Below, one piece after another: positions 9,730 to 18,289 of a stretch of DNA of 64,000 nt. Below the pieces are notes generated by a model, which had not been told where the DNA came from, ran no database searches, and saw only the letters and a program-made list of their open reading frames with translations. Where the stretch lies: assembly GCA_021811585.1 (NCBI GenBank), contig JAJZOG010000007.1:57459-121458 (forward strand), written 5' to 3'. The translations under genes were made by a program, and so were the position numbers. Source of the stretch: a bacterium. GTDB taxonomy: Bacteria; Patescibacteriota; Doudnabacteria; UBA920; VMFF01. Each line of letters opens with the position of its first letter. Positions within the stretch are counted from its first letter, which is position 1.

Positions 9730-12552
9730 TTGATTTTTGAAACAAAAAAACATAAAAAAATAAATTGGAAAGCCCTGCGAACGGTTGCATTGGCAACCGA
9801 GGTTTTTGTTCTGATTTTTGGTATGTTATTGGGCGGATTTGCCGGGCAATTGAAAGCCAAACCTGTCTTTGCGGACAATTCCAGCAGTTCCAGCGATTGC
9901 ACTGTTGCTAAAAATGGCGATTGGCTGGAGCCCACCCCTGTTTCAGCTAATATTATCACAGGAGGGCGTACCCTTACATACAATGAAAAAATGAACGCTG
10001 TTACAGCGGATGAAAATAAAGGGTATGGATCTGCTGATCCAGCTGGTAATGGAGTAGATATTCATTTTAAAGAAACCGTTTATCCTCCCGGGAATTCCGG
10101 TGATACGCACGGTGTCGGTTATGCAGACAATTCGAAATTGACGGCATATATACAGATATTATTGATAGATCCGAACGGTAAAAAAACAGACATAACGAAA
10201 AATGCTTTCGATCATGGCGCACAATATTTTCAATATGTTGACACTGGCGGAATATTCAGCAGCCCCAGTTATGAGCCAATTAGTAATCCTGGACCTGATT
10301 CGAACGGGCACTATGTATTCGATTATGTATATAATACCGATACTATAATTTCCGTCCCATTTAAATTTGTTTATTTTGGAATTACATCTGCTCCTGCACA
10401 AAATCAAAATTATCAATTGGAGGTTGATTTTGTAGCCACAAAATTTCAACTAACCCAAACTTTTTCGCCAGGAGAATATGGTTCTACAAATATTTCTTGT
10501 GAACAAGATTTTTCTCCGCCGATACAAATTAAAAATATCGGCGCGGCAGCATTAACTCTTTCAACTGCGGCTGTTCCAAATCAAGGCGGGAGTGGCGGAT
10601 CGTCGCAAGCGCTTCAAAGCACAGCAAATCCGAATGATTCGAATTTCAGCGCACTTGGGACTTTTTTGTCCGATGTTTTTGATTTTATTTTTGGGATTTT
10701 GATCAATATCTTGGTCAAAGTTTTCGGCGTCCTCGCAAATATTATTGCCGCTGTCCTTGCAATATATCCGCACCAGGCGGATTTTGCCGGAGTAATTTTC
10801 GCAAGCTGGGTGGCAGTAAGAAACATCAGCAATATTTTCTTTATGCTCGCTTTGTTGATGCTCGGCTTGGGCACAATGTTCCGTTCGGATAAATTCGGAA
10901 GCAAGGGGCTGCTTGGGACCATTATAGTAATGGCGCTACTTACGAATTTCAGCTTGGTTATTGGCAGGGCAATTTTAGGGGTTGCCGATACTTTGCAGGC
11001 GCAATTTTTGCCCGCAAACTCTCATGTTATTGAACGGCTTGGTGCTGCATTAATGCAGGGCGGATATTTAAATGCAACCTACAATTATACGGTTAGCTCT
11101 ATTGCAGGGTCAATGGCCAGCGTTATAAATAATTTTTTGTATTTGTTTATGGCCTTGTTCAGCTTCATGGCCTTTGTTGCCATTGCCGTATTGCTTGTGG
11201 TCCGCCTTGTGGCGCTCTGGCTTTTGCTTTTAACTTCACCCATCGCCTATGCAGGCAGAGTTCTCACATATACGAAAAATTATGCCTCAATGTGGTGGAA
11301 GAAATTTTTGCAATATGCCTTTTTCACGCCTATTTTAGGATTTGGCTTGCATCTCTGCGCGCTGTTTGCCGATAACCAAGGCACTTATTTGAATAATTCG
11401 CTGACAAACCAGTTGGCGCAAAACCAAGTTGTTAAAATTGGAGATTTCGGGCAGTTCCTATTTAATATTTTGAGCGGCGTCACCATTCTTGCCTGTTTGT
11501 TTATGGTTATGAAAGTTGCAAATACATTCGGAATCGCCGGCGCGAACGCGATAACAAAGCATACCACGGACAAGGTCACGGATTTGGCGCGCAAAACAGG
11601 AACAGGCGCGCGCAAAATGGCTGGCAAGCCGCTCGGAATTGCAAAACTTCAGGGAAAAAACTTTTTGGCCAGGGGCAGGGATAAATGGCAAGGAAAGCTG
11701 CTTAGGGATAAAGAGGGAAATATGCGTACCGGTGCGGCTGGTATTGCGGGCAGGGCTGTCCATCGAATTTTTAATCCGAATGCTTATTTGGAATCGGTTG
11801 AAAGAGATTTGAAAAACGAAAGAGAGGGTTTGCAAAAAGTTTCCAAGGCGCGCATTGAGGCCGGCAGGACTTTCGGGCAAACCAGCTTGGGGCGCTTTAA
11901 GCAGACCGCCGGCATTGATAATCGCGCGGACTTAAGAGAAAAGGAATCGCAGAGAGACGAGGTTGTAAAGACAATGATGACCATGAGACCCGAAAAAGTT
12001 GGCGAATATCTAAGGGCGCTCGGCAAGAATGGCAAGCTTTCGGCATCAGAGGATATGCTTAAAGAAATCATACCGGCAATGATTAAATCCGGGCAAGACG
12101 AAAAGGTTTGGCGCGATATTATAAATAAAGGCGAAACAGATCCTGCTAAGATGGTTATAAAGCCAAACGAGACGTTGACGCCGACAATGATTAATAACGG
12201 TCTTCAGGAATTGGCTGGTGATGATAAAGGGGCACTTGAAATCATTAAGAAGAGTTGTTCGGACATTGGCAAAAAAGAGGTAAATCTTATGGCAATTATC
12301 ATGGGCATTACGGATAAGGCAGAGGCCGATGCGGAATTGGCGAAATACGTAATGAGCATGGATAGCGATAAATTGAAGGAACTAAGAGACAAGAGAGTCA
12401 AGGGCATTGTTACTGAGGGCGGTTTTGACAATACGTTTGCGGCTGCCAAACAGCGGGCTGACGATATGAGCGCTTCTGACCAGAATAAATTGGATGAGCA
12501 TGGCCGCAAGTTTTTCGGCTTGCCGCCAAAAAAGAAAAAAGGACAGCCATAA
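9730..12552 (+). CDS. Large polytopic membrane protein with VirB6/TrbL-like architecture: N-terminal anchor plus ~270-aa exodomain, about six TM helices, ~300-aa charged C-terminal tail
   Basis: Hydrophobic helices 'FIFGILINILVKVFGVLANIIAAVLAI', 'FMLALLMLGLG', 'FMALFSFMAFVAIAVLLVVRLVALWLLLLTSPIAYA' and 'ILSGVTILACLFMVM'. Lys/Arg/Glu-rich tail. Lies in a VirB4-containing locus. Confidence 0.4.
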   Translation: MIFETKKHKKINWKALRTVALATEVFVLIFGMLLGGFAGQLKAKPVFADNSSSSSDCTVAKNGDWLEPTPVSANIITGGRTLTYNEKMNAVTADENKGYGSADPAGNGVDIHFKETVYPPGNSGDTHGVGYADNSKLTAYIQILLIDPNGKKTDITKNAFDHGAQYFQYVDTGGIFSSPSYEPISNPGPDSNGHYVFDYVYNTDTIISVPFKFVYFGITSAPAQNQNYQLEVDFVATKFQLTQTFSPGEYGSTNISCEQDFSPPIQIKNIGAAALTLSTAAVPNQGGSGGSSQALQSTANPNDSNFSALGTFLSDVFDFIFGILINILVKVFGVLANIIAAVLAIYPHQADFAGVIFASWVAVRNISNIFFMLALLMLGLGTMFRSDKFGSKGLLGTIIVMALLTNFSLVIGRAILGVADTLQAQFLPANSHVIERLGAALMQGGYLNATYNYTVSSIAGSMASVINNFLYLFMALFSFMAFVAIAVLLVVRLVALWLLLLTSPIAYAGRVLTYTKNYASMWWKKFLQYAFFTPILGFGLHLCALFADNQGTYLNNSLTNQLAQNQVVKIGDFGQFLFNILSGVTILACLFMVMKVANTFGIAGANAITKHTTDKVTDLARKTGTGARKMAGKPLGIAKLQGKNFLARGRDKWQGKLLRDKEGNMRTGAAGIAGRAVHRIFNPNAYLESVERDLKNEREGLQKVSKARIEAGRTFGQTSLGRFKQTAGIDNRADLREKESQRDEVVKTMMTMRPEKVGEYLRALGKNGKLSASEDMLKEIIPAMIKSGQDEKVWRDIINKGETDPAKMVIKPNETLTPTMINNGLQELAGDDKGALEIIKKSCSDIGKKEVNLMAIIMGITDKAEADAELAKYVMSMDSDKLKELRDKRVKGIVTEGGFDNTFAAAKQRADDMSASDQNKLDEHGRKFFGLPPKKKKGQP

Positions 12553-12555
12553 AAT

Positions 12556-13395
12556 ATGGATACCATAGAGCTTAAACAAATAATAAAAGACCCGGTTTCT
12601 CCCGCTGATTTTCAAACAATTCAGGATGAGGCGAGGGATTGCCTTGAATTCGGGACAATCCAGGACAAAATGGATTTTGCGGATTATATTTCCGAGATTC
12701 TTTCCGCGAACGGAAGCGCGCTGGACAAAGCCAATGCCGAAATGCTGGACCAGTATGAAACGCTTTGGGCGCTTTTGGCATTCGGCGCGTTTGTTGCTTA
12801 TCATTCCGCGGACCAGGACAACCTTATCCGCACCCGCCTGCTGTTTGCGGTGCAAAGGGGTTTTGAAACAGATGATATTATCCGCCAATATTATTATTTT
12901 TTTAACAGCGACGATTTCATCAGCTACAACTTGAAGCTTTTTGTGAAGAGTATTGAACAGAACACCGAGACACTTGGCGATTTTCCGATTTCCATCGACG
13001 GCAAGCGCATGCTGCCGCAGATAAAATATTGGGTTTTGGATTATTCCAAATATCCTTCGCTTGTTGCCAGGCGCGGCGGCGTTGAGCGGCTGAATTATAT
13101 AAACCACAGCGGCAATATTGTCCAGCTGACGCAGGTGCAGAGGCAAAATCTTTTGGAGATTTTGAAATTTTATGATGATTTGCAGAATCCTTCGCGCCCG
13201 TTTTTGAAAAACGAGAAAGCAGATGTACAAGAGGCGATTTCTGTTCCGGTTGATGTTCCGGCTGCTCCGCTGCCAAAAGTGCCACAGCCGGCGCCGCAGG
13301 CAGCTGTGCAACAAAATTTTTCCCAGCCGTTCGCAAACATACAAATAGACATTCAAGGCAAATTGGATGATTTAAGGAAAAGGACTCAAGAATAA
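12556..13395 (+). CDS. Hypothetical cytoplasmic protein in the T4SS-like locus
   Basis: ORF on the operon strand, overlapping the next gene by 1 nt; no recognisable motif. Confidence 0.45.
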   Translation: MDTIELKQIIKDPVSPADFQTIQDEARDCLEFGTIQDKMDFADYISEILSANGSALDKANAEMLDQYETLWALLAFGAFVAYHSADQDNLIRTRLLFAVQRGFETDDIIRQYYYFFNSDDFISYNLKLFVKSIEQNTETLGDFPISIDGKRMLPQIKYWVLDYSKYPSLVARRGGVERLNYINHSGNIVQLTQVQRQNLLEILKFYDDLQNPSRPFLKNEKADVQEAISVPVDVPAAPLPKVPQPAPQAAVQQNFSQPFANIQIDIQGKLDDLRKRTQE

Positions 13396-14255
13396 TGCAT
13401 GATGAAGATTTGAAAAATGCGCGCATACTAATTGAGCAAAGCAGGATTTTGTCATCCATAGAGAAGACAGAATGGCTTCAGTTATTGCCTTTGATGAATG
13501 ATCAGCAAATAAACGAGCTAATAAGGATTTTGCAGGAGCAGGTGCAAAGGCAACCCGCGGCAACACATTCAAAAGCCGCATTCTCCTCAACCACGGCATC
13601 CGCGGCGTTTAAATTGCCGGACATTGCGGAATTGGAATTGCCTCCGCCGCCCAAGCCATTAATACCGAAGGCACCGCCTGCAATGCCAAAGCCGTTTGCA
13701 CAGCAGATACAACCGCGCGAACAAGCGGCAAATGCGGAAGATGTTGCTAAAATTCTTGAACATTTTAAAACCGCGCCCGCGCTTTCGCCGCGCGCCGCTC
13801 AAGGCGCGGTTCAACAACATATGCGGCAACCCGTATCGCCGGTTCAGCCGCAAAAAGCCGCATCGCATGCATCGGGATTAAAACCCGCTGCTCCGCCGCG
13901 GCCAATGGCCGGCCAGGAATTGGTTTTGCACTCCGCGGAAGATCTAAAAAAAATTACTCCCGCCGCTCTTCATGGCAAAGACCCTTATTCGGTTTTCCAG
14001 AAAATTTTGGATTTCCTTGCAGAGCAATCAAAAACCGCCAGTGTTGTTTCCATGATCTCTTATTTAGAGCAAAGCCCAATACAGCAAATATATGTGCAAA
14101 CAGGAGCGATTTTATTGAATAGCAGCAATGCGGATGGCAGCGAAGCGGCTTTCCAAAAAATTGTGGATTCCGCCAAAGCCAGTGGTGCGCAATACATGAC
14201 CAAAGAAGAATTCGAGGCCTACGCCGATTTTAGGAAAGAGCTCGAAAAGCTGTGA
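13395..14255 (+). CDS. Hypothetical Pro/Ala-rich protein in the T4SS-like locus
   Basis: ORF on the operon strand; middle part is Pro/Ala/Gln-rich low complexity. Confidence 0.45.
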   Translation: MHDEDLKNARILIEQSRILSSIEKTEWLQLLPLMNDQQINELIRILQEQVQRQPAATHSKAAFSSTTASAAFKLPDIAELELPPPPKPLIPKAPPAMPKPFAQQIQPREQAANAEDVAKILEHFKTAPALSPRAAQGAVQQHMRQPVSPVQPQKAASHASGLKPAAPPRPMAGQELVLHSAEDLKKITPAALHGKDPYSVFQKILDFLAEQSKTASVVSMISYLEQSPIQQIYVQTGAILLNSSNADGSEAAFQKIVDSAKASGAQYMTKEEFEAYADFRKELEKL

Positions 14256-14267
14256 TATAATGAATTT

Positions 14268-14705
14268 ATGCAAGTACCAGTACCACAATTTATTGATGTC
14301 GAAGACAAAATTTTCGGCCCGTTTACTTTAAGGCAATTTGCTTTTATCTTTATTGGCGGTCTGCTTATTGCCGCGCTTTTCCGCATTTTCCACCTCTCTT
14401 TCGTTTTTTTCATTTTGGCGCTGCCAATTGCCGTAATTTTTGCTGGCATTGCTTTCGGAAATTTTAACGGCAGGCATATTTACAACACCATCCCAATTTT
14501 TATTTCGTTTTTCACATCGCCGAAAGTTTTTGTTTTTCATCGCGAAAGAATTCAGGATGAAGTCAGCATCTCAAGGCCAGTGGCAAAAACTCGGGATGCC
14601 GCAGCGCCTGTTTCCACTGAATCCCCGCGCTCACGCCTAAAGCAGTTGTCGCTTTTATTAGATCAGAAAAACCAGGAAGAGATTGAAAACTTAAAAAATC
14701 TTTAA
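14268..14705 (+). CDS. Small two-TM membrane protein, TcpE/PrgI/VirB3-like by size, topology and position just upstream of VirB4
   Basis: 'FTLRQFAFIFIGGLLIAALF' and 'FFILALPIAVIFAGIAF' hairpin TM pair, 145 aa. Confidence 0.4.
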   Translation: MQVPVPQFIDVEDKIFGPFTLRQFAFIFIGGLLIAALFRIFHLSFVFFILALPIAVIFAGIAFGNFNGRHIYNTIPIFISFFTSPKVFVFHRERIQDEVSISRPVAKTRDAAAPVSTESPRSRLKQLSLLLDQKNQEEIENLKNL

Positions 14706-14711
14706 TTCCAT

Positions 14712-15401
14712 ATGGCAAAAGTCACTGCCCCGACAACACAATCATTTTTGAAAATTGCGGAAATCAAATCCGATACTTTAATATTGAACGACGGCACTTA
14801 TTGCGCTGTTATCGTGATTTCCAGCACCAATTTCGATTTAAAAAGCCCGGAAGAGCAAAACGCGCTTATCGCAGGATACCAAAACTTTTTGAATTCTCTG
14901 GATTTTAACATTCAGATTCTGATGCAATCGCGGAAAATGGATATCCATTCCTATTTGCAGAACATGAAAAATTTAATGGAACAGCAGACCAGCGAGCTTT
15001 TGCGCGTGCAAACAGCAGAGTATATAGAATTCATAGCAAAGCTTATTGAGAATTCCAGCATTATGAGCAAGAATTTTTATGTCATTGTGCCGTATCGTTC
15101 CGGCCTGGGAGGAGGATCTTCCGGAAAAGAAAAGAAAAAAGGATTTTTTGCCGGATTATTCGGCGGCGGAAGCGGCAATGCCGGGCAGGAGCTGCAAAAA
15201 AAACTGCAAAAATTCGACACTGACCGTGAAAAATTGGATGAGCGCGCTAATGCTGTTATAGGCGGCCTTTCGGCCTTGGGGCTTAAGGCCATTGCGTTAA
15301 ATACCGAGGAGCTCACGGAACTTATCTACAATTCTTACAATTTGGATGCCGCGCCTTTAATTGATTCTTCAAAATTAAGCGAAGTGCAAATTAAGGAATA
15401 G
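14712..15401 (+). CDS. VirB4 N-terminal-domain-like protein encoded as a separate ORF; either a split VirB4 or a distinct subunit
   Basis: 'LKIAEIKSDTLILNDGTYCAVIVISSTNFDLKSPEEQNALIAGYQNFLNSLDFNIQILMQSRKMD' resembles the CagE/TrbE/VirB4 N-terminal module. The TAG stop is 2 nt before the ATG of the ATPase ORF, in a different frame. Confidence 0.45.
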   Translation: MAKVTAPTTQSFLKIAEIKSDTLILNDGTYCAVIVISSTNFDLKSPEEQNALIAGYQNFLNSLDFNIQILMQSRKMDIHSYLQNMKNLMEQQTSELLRVQTAEYIEFIAKLIENSSIMSKNFYVIVPYRSGLGGGSSGKEKKKGFFAGLFGGGSGNAGQELQKKLQKFDTDREKLDERANAVIGGLSALGLKAIALNTEELTELIYNSYNLDAAPLIDSSKLSEVQIKE

Positions 15402-15403
15402 CC

Positions 15404-17257
15404 ATGCCCATTATTGTCCCGCCAACCAGGGAAGAAATAGAAAAGAAAAAACAGGTGCTTGCGCAAGCCGAGGAAGAGCGGAAAACCACCAAAAATATTG
15501 CCGCAACCGAAAAGGAATACCGCGAAGGCCTCACCAAGCTTAAAGACATACTTGCGCCTGCCGCGCTGTCTTTCGGCAACGCTAATTTTGAGCTCAATGG
15601 AAAATTCGGGCGCAGCTTTTTCGTGCTCGCATACCCCCGCTATCTTTCATCCGACTGGCTTTCGCAGATAATAAATTTGGATACGCCCATGGACATGTCC
15701 ATGTTTATTTATCCCGTTGATTCTGCCGATATCATGAAAAAGCTCAAGGCAAAAGTCGGGCAAATAGGTTCGCAAATGGATATCCAGGCGGAAAAGGGGA
15801 ATGTGCGCGACCCGCTTTTGGAAACCGCTTACAAAGACGTGGAATTTTTACGCGACGAACTTCAACAGGGCACTGAAAAATTTTTCCGTTTCGCCTTATA
15901 TTTTACGATTTATGCCGAAAATCTGGAAGAATTGGACCAATATTCCAGCATTTTTGAAAGCACGCTGGCAGCCAAGCTTGTTATTACCAAGCGCGCGATT
16001 TTACAAACCAGCCAGGGCCTTAATTCCACTTTGCCGGTTTACGCGGATGAGCTGGATGTTGCCACGAACATGAACACTTCGCCGCTGGCAACAACTTTTC
16101 CGTTTGTCTCGGCGGATTTAAGCTCCAACGAAGGAATTCTGTACGGCATAAACCGGCACAACAACAGTTTGATTATTTTTGACCGTTTTAACATGGAAAA
16201 TGCGAACAGCGTGGTCTTCGCCAAATCCGGTGCCGGAAAATCCTATGCCGTGAAATTGGAAGTCCTGCGCAGCATGATGGTTGGCGTGGATGTGATTATT
16301 ATTGATCCTGAAAACGAATACAAACACCTTTCAGATGCTGTCGGCGGCACTTATATTAACATTTCCTTAAATTCGGATTCGCGCATCAACCCTTTTGATT
16401 TGCCGATGCCTTTGGAAGGCGAGGATAATGCCGATATTCTGCGCAGCGCGATTATCAATTTGATCGGCTTGCTTTCCCTGATGATAGGTAAAATGACGCC
16501 GGAAGAAGAATCCATTATGGATAAGGCGCTTTGGCAGACCTATGCAAAAAAAGATATTAGCGAAACCAGCGATTTCCGAAATATCAGCGCTCCGACAATG
16601 AGCGATTTGGTGGAAATACTTTCCGGCATGGTTGGCGGCGAAGGCCTGGCCCAGCGCCTGACAAAATACACGGAGGGCACATTCGCCGGCGTCTTTAATC
16701 AACCCACTAATATTGTTTTGAACAACCAGCTTGTGGTTTTTTCCATTCGCGACCTTGAAGACGAACTGCGCCCCATTGCCATGTATGTGATACTCGGGCA
16801 CATTTGGAACGTGGTGCGCTCCCAGCTTAAAAAAAGAATTTTGGTTTTGGACGAGGCCTGGATTATGATGCAGTTTGAGGACTCCGCGCGCTTTGTTTTC
16901 GGCATTGCCAAGCGCGCGCGAAAATATTATTTGGGGCTCACCACAATTACGCAGGATGTCGCGGATTTTATGGCCAGCTCCTACGGCAAGCCGATTGTCA
17001 CTAATTCTTCAATCCAATTGCTGCTTAAGCAGTCGCCGGCTGCCATTGACGTGCTTGCCAAAACATTCTTTTTAACCGAAGGAGAAAGGTATTTGCTTTT
17101 AGAAAGCGAAGTTGGGGAAGGAATTTTTTTTGCCGGCCTTAAGCACGCTGCCATAAAAATTTATGCTTCTTATGTCGAGGACCAGATTATCACAACAGAT
17201 CCGCGCCAATTGTTGGAGATCCAGCAGGCAAAAGATGAAATAGACGGGAAAGGATAA
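15404..17257 (+). CDS. VirB4/TraE/TcpF-family T4SS ATPase (conjugal-transfer ATPase)
   Basis: Walker A 'VVFAKSGAGKSYAV'; family signature 'IIIDPENEYKHL'; Walker B 'ILVLDEAWIMM'; 'GLTTITQDVADF'. Confidence 0.8.
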   Translation: MPIIVPPTREEIEKKKQVLAQAEEERKTTKNIAATEKEYREGLTKLKDILAPAALSFGNANFELNGKFGRSFFVLAYPRYLSSDWLSQIINLDTPMDMSMFIYPVDSADIMKKLKAKVGQIGSQMDIQAEKGNVRDPLLETAYKDVEFLRDELQQGTEKFFRFALYFTIYAENLEELDQYSSIFESTLAAKLVITKRAILQTSQGLNSTLPVYADELDVATNMNTSPLATTFPFVSADLSSNEGILYGINRHNNSLIIFDRFNMENANSVVFAKSGAGKSYAVKLEVLRSMMVGVDVIIIDPENEYKHLSDAVGGTYINISLNSDSRINPFDLPMPLEGEDNADILRSAIINLIGLLSLMIGKMTPEEESIMDKALWQTYAKKDISETSDFRNISAPTMSDLVEILSGMVGGEGLAQRLTKYTEGTFAGVFNQPTNIVLNNQLVVFSIRDLEDELRPIAMYVILGHIWNVVRSQLKKRILVLDEAWIMMQFEDSARFVFGIAKRARKYYLGLTTITQDVADFMASSYGKPIVTNSSIQLLLKQSPAAIDVLAKTFFLTEGERYLLLESEVGEGIFFAGLKHAAIKIYASYVEDQIITTDPRQLLEIQQAKDEIDGKG

Positions 17258-17259
17258 CC

Positions 17260-18261
17260 ATGCCTGTTGCCCAAAGCGACGATAAAATTTCGGGTGCAGG
17301 CGCTGGCATTGGCACAGGCAGAGTTTCCGGAGGCGCTTTGGGTGGCGCCAAATTTAAGGGTTTCGGGCCAAAATCGTTGCGGGGTATTATTCGAAATTTG
17401 CCGCGCGGCATAGACGGGGTGATTGCGGCGCCTGATGATGAGAAATCGCCCGGCGAGGAGGAATTGCATGCGGAGCAAGAAACTGATGACAGTGAAAATC
17501 TTGAGTATGAAAATGGCTTGGAAAATGAAAGCTACGGTATGGATGTAGACGAGGATGGGGATGAGGGCGAAGACGAGGAAGATGAAAAAGATGAAAATGA
17601 AGGCCCGAACCTGAAAGACGCTTATGATGCTTATAAAAAATATCAAGAGGAGATTCCGGAAACCGCAGAGAATGTTGAGCAGATAGGCGAGGCAACACAG
17701 ACCGCTGAAGCGGCTGAAGCTGCTGAGGGTGCGGCGACTGCTGCAGAAAGCACTGCCGCTGTTGCCGAAGGCGCTGCCGGAGCCGCAGAGGGCGCTGCCG
17801 GCGCGGCTGGTGCGGTTGCGGCAGAGGGCGGTGCAGTAGTGGCCGGCGCAGGCACCGCGGCTGCCGCAGAGGGCGCTGTTGCCGGTGAGGCGGCTTTGGG
17901 TATTGCAACAGGAGGGGTGGGTATAGTTGTTGAGATATTTGTTGTTATTCTGTTCTTGCCGCTTGTGGTTTTTTTACTCGATTGCTACCTTTTTGCAGGT
18001 TTTTTATTTCCGAATTCGCAGTTTCTGCATCTTTTGCCGACAAAAGGCGTGCTGCCCAAATTGATTATTGCCGTATTAAATATCCTTGCTTTCATTGAAG
18101 TGCTTATTCTGTATATAATTTTTTACGTAATGGTTTGCGGCGGAATTGCGGGAGTGGCTTTCAAGCTTAGTGCTTTTGTTACCGGCCAAAAATCCTTTTG
18201 CAGCGGCGGGCCTTCGGTGCCATGGAGCGTTTGGTGGCAGGGCGTTAAAGCCGCACTTTAA
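17260..18261 (+). CDS. Hypothetical protein: acidic N-terminal half, Ala/Gly/Glu-rich repeats, C-terminal ~3 TM helices
   Basis: 'DEDGDEGEDEEDEKDENE', 'AEAAEAAEGAATAAE', then 'GIVVEIFVVILFLPLVVFLL' and related TM segments. Follows VirB4 after a 2-nt gap. Confidence 0.5.
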   Translation: MPVAQSDDKISGAGAGIGTGRVSGGALGGAKFKGFGPKSLRGIIRNLPRGIDGVIAAPDDEKSPGEEELHAEQETDDSENLEYENGLENESYGMDVDEDGDEGEDEEDEKDENEGPNLKDAYDAYKKYQEEIPETAENVEQIGEATQTAEAAEAAEGAATAAESTAAVAEGAAGAAEGAAGAAGAVAAEGGAVVAGAGTAAAAEGAVAGEAALGIATGGVGIVVEIFVVILFLPLVVFLLDCYLFAGFLFPNSQFLHLLPTKGVLPKLIIAVLNILAFIEVLILYIIFYVMVCGGIAGVAFKLSAFVTGQKSFCSGGPSVPWSVWWQGVKAAL

Positions 18262-18289
18262 AAATTTAACCAAAATTTAACAAAAATTT

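Noticed and set aside
12382-13356. 324-aa minus-strand ORF antisense to the 12556-13395 and 9730-12552 genes
   Set aside because: It is antisense to the co-directional operon, has odd Arg/Ile/Leu/Phe-rich composition with no motifs, and has no RBS. Judged a spurious antisense frame.
17387-17908. Minus-strand ORFs of 173 and 70 aa inside the Ala/Gly/Glu-rich gene
   Set aside because: Pro/Arg/Gln-rich translations of the reverse strand of GC-rich repeat DNA. The plus-strand frame fits the operon and is coupled to VirB4 by a 2-nt gap.
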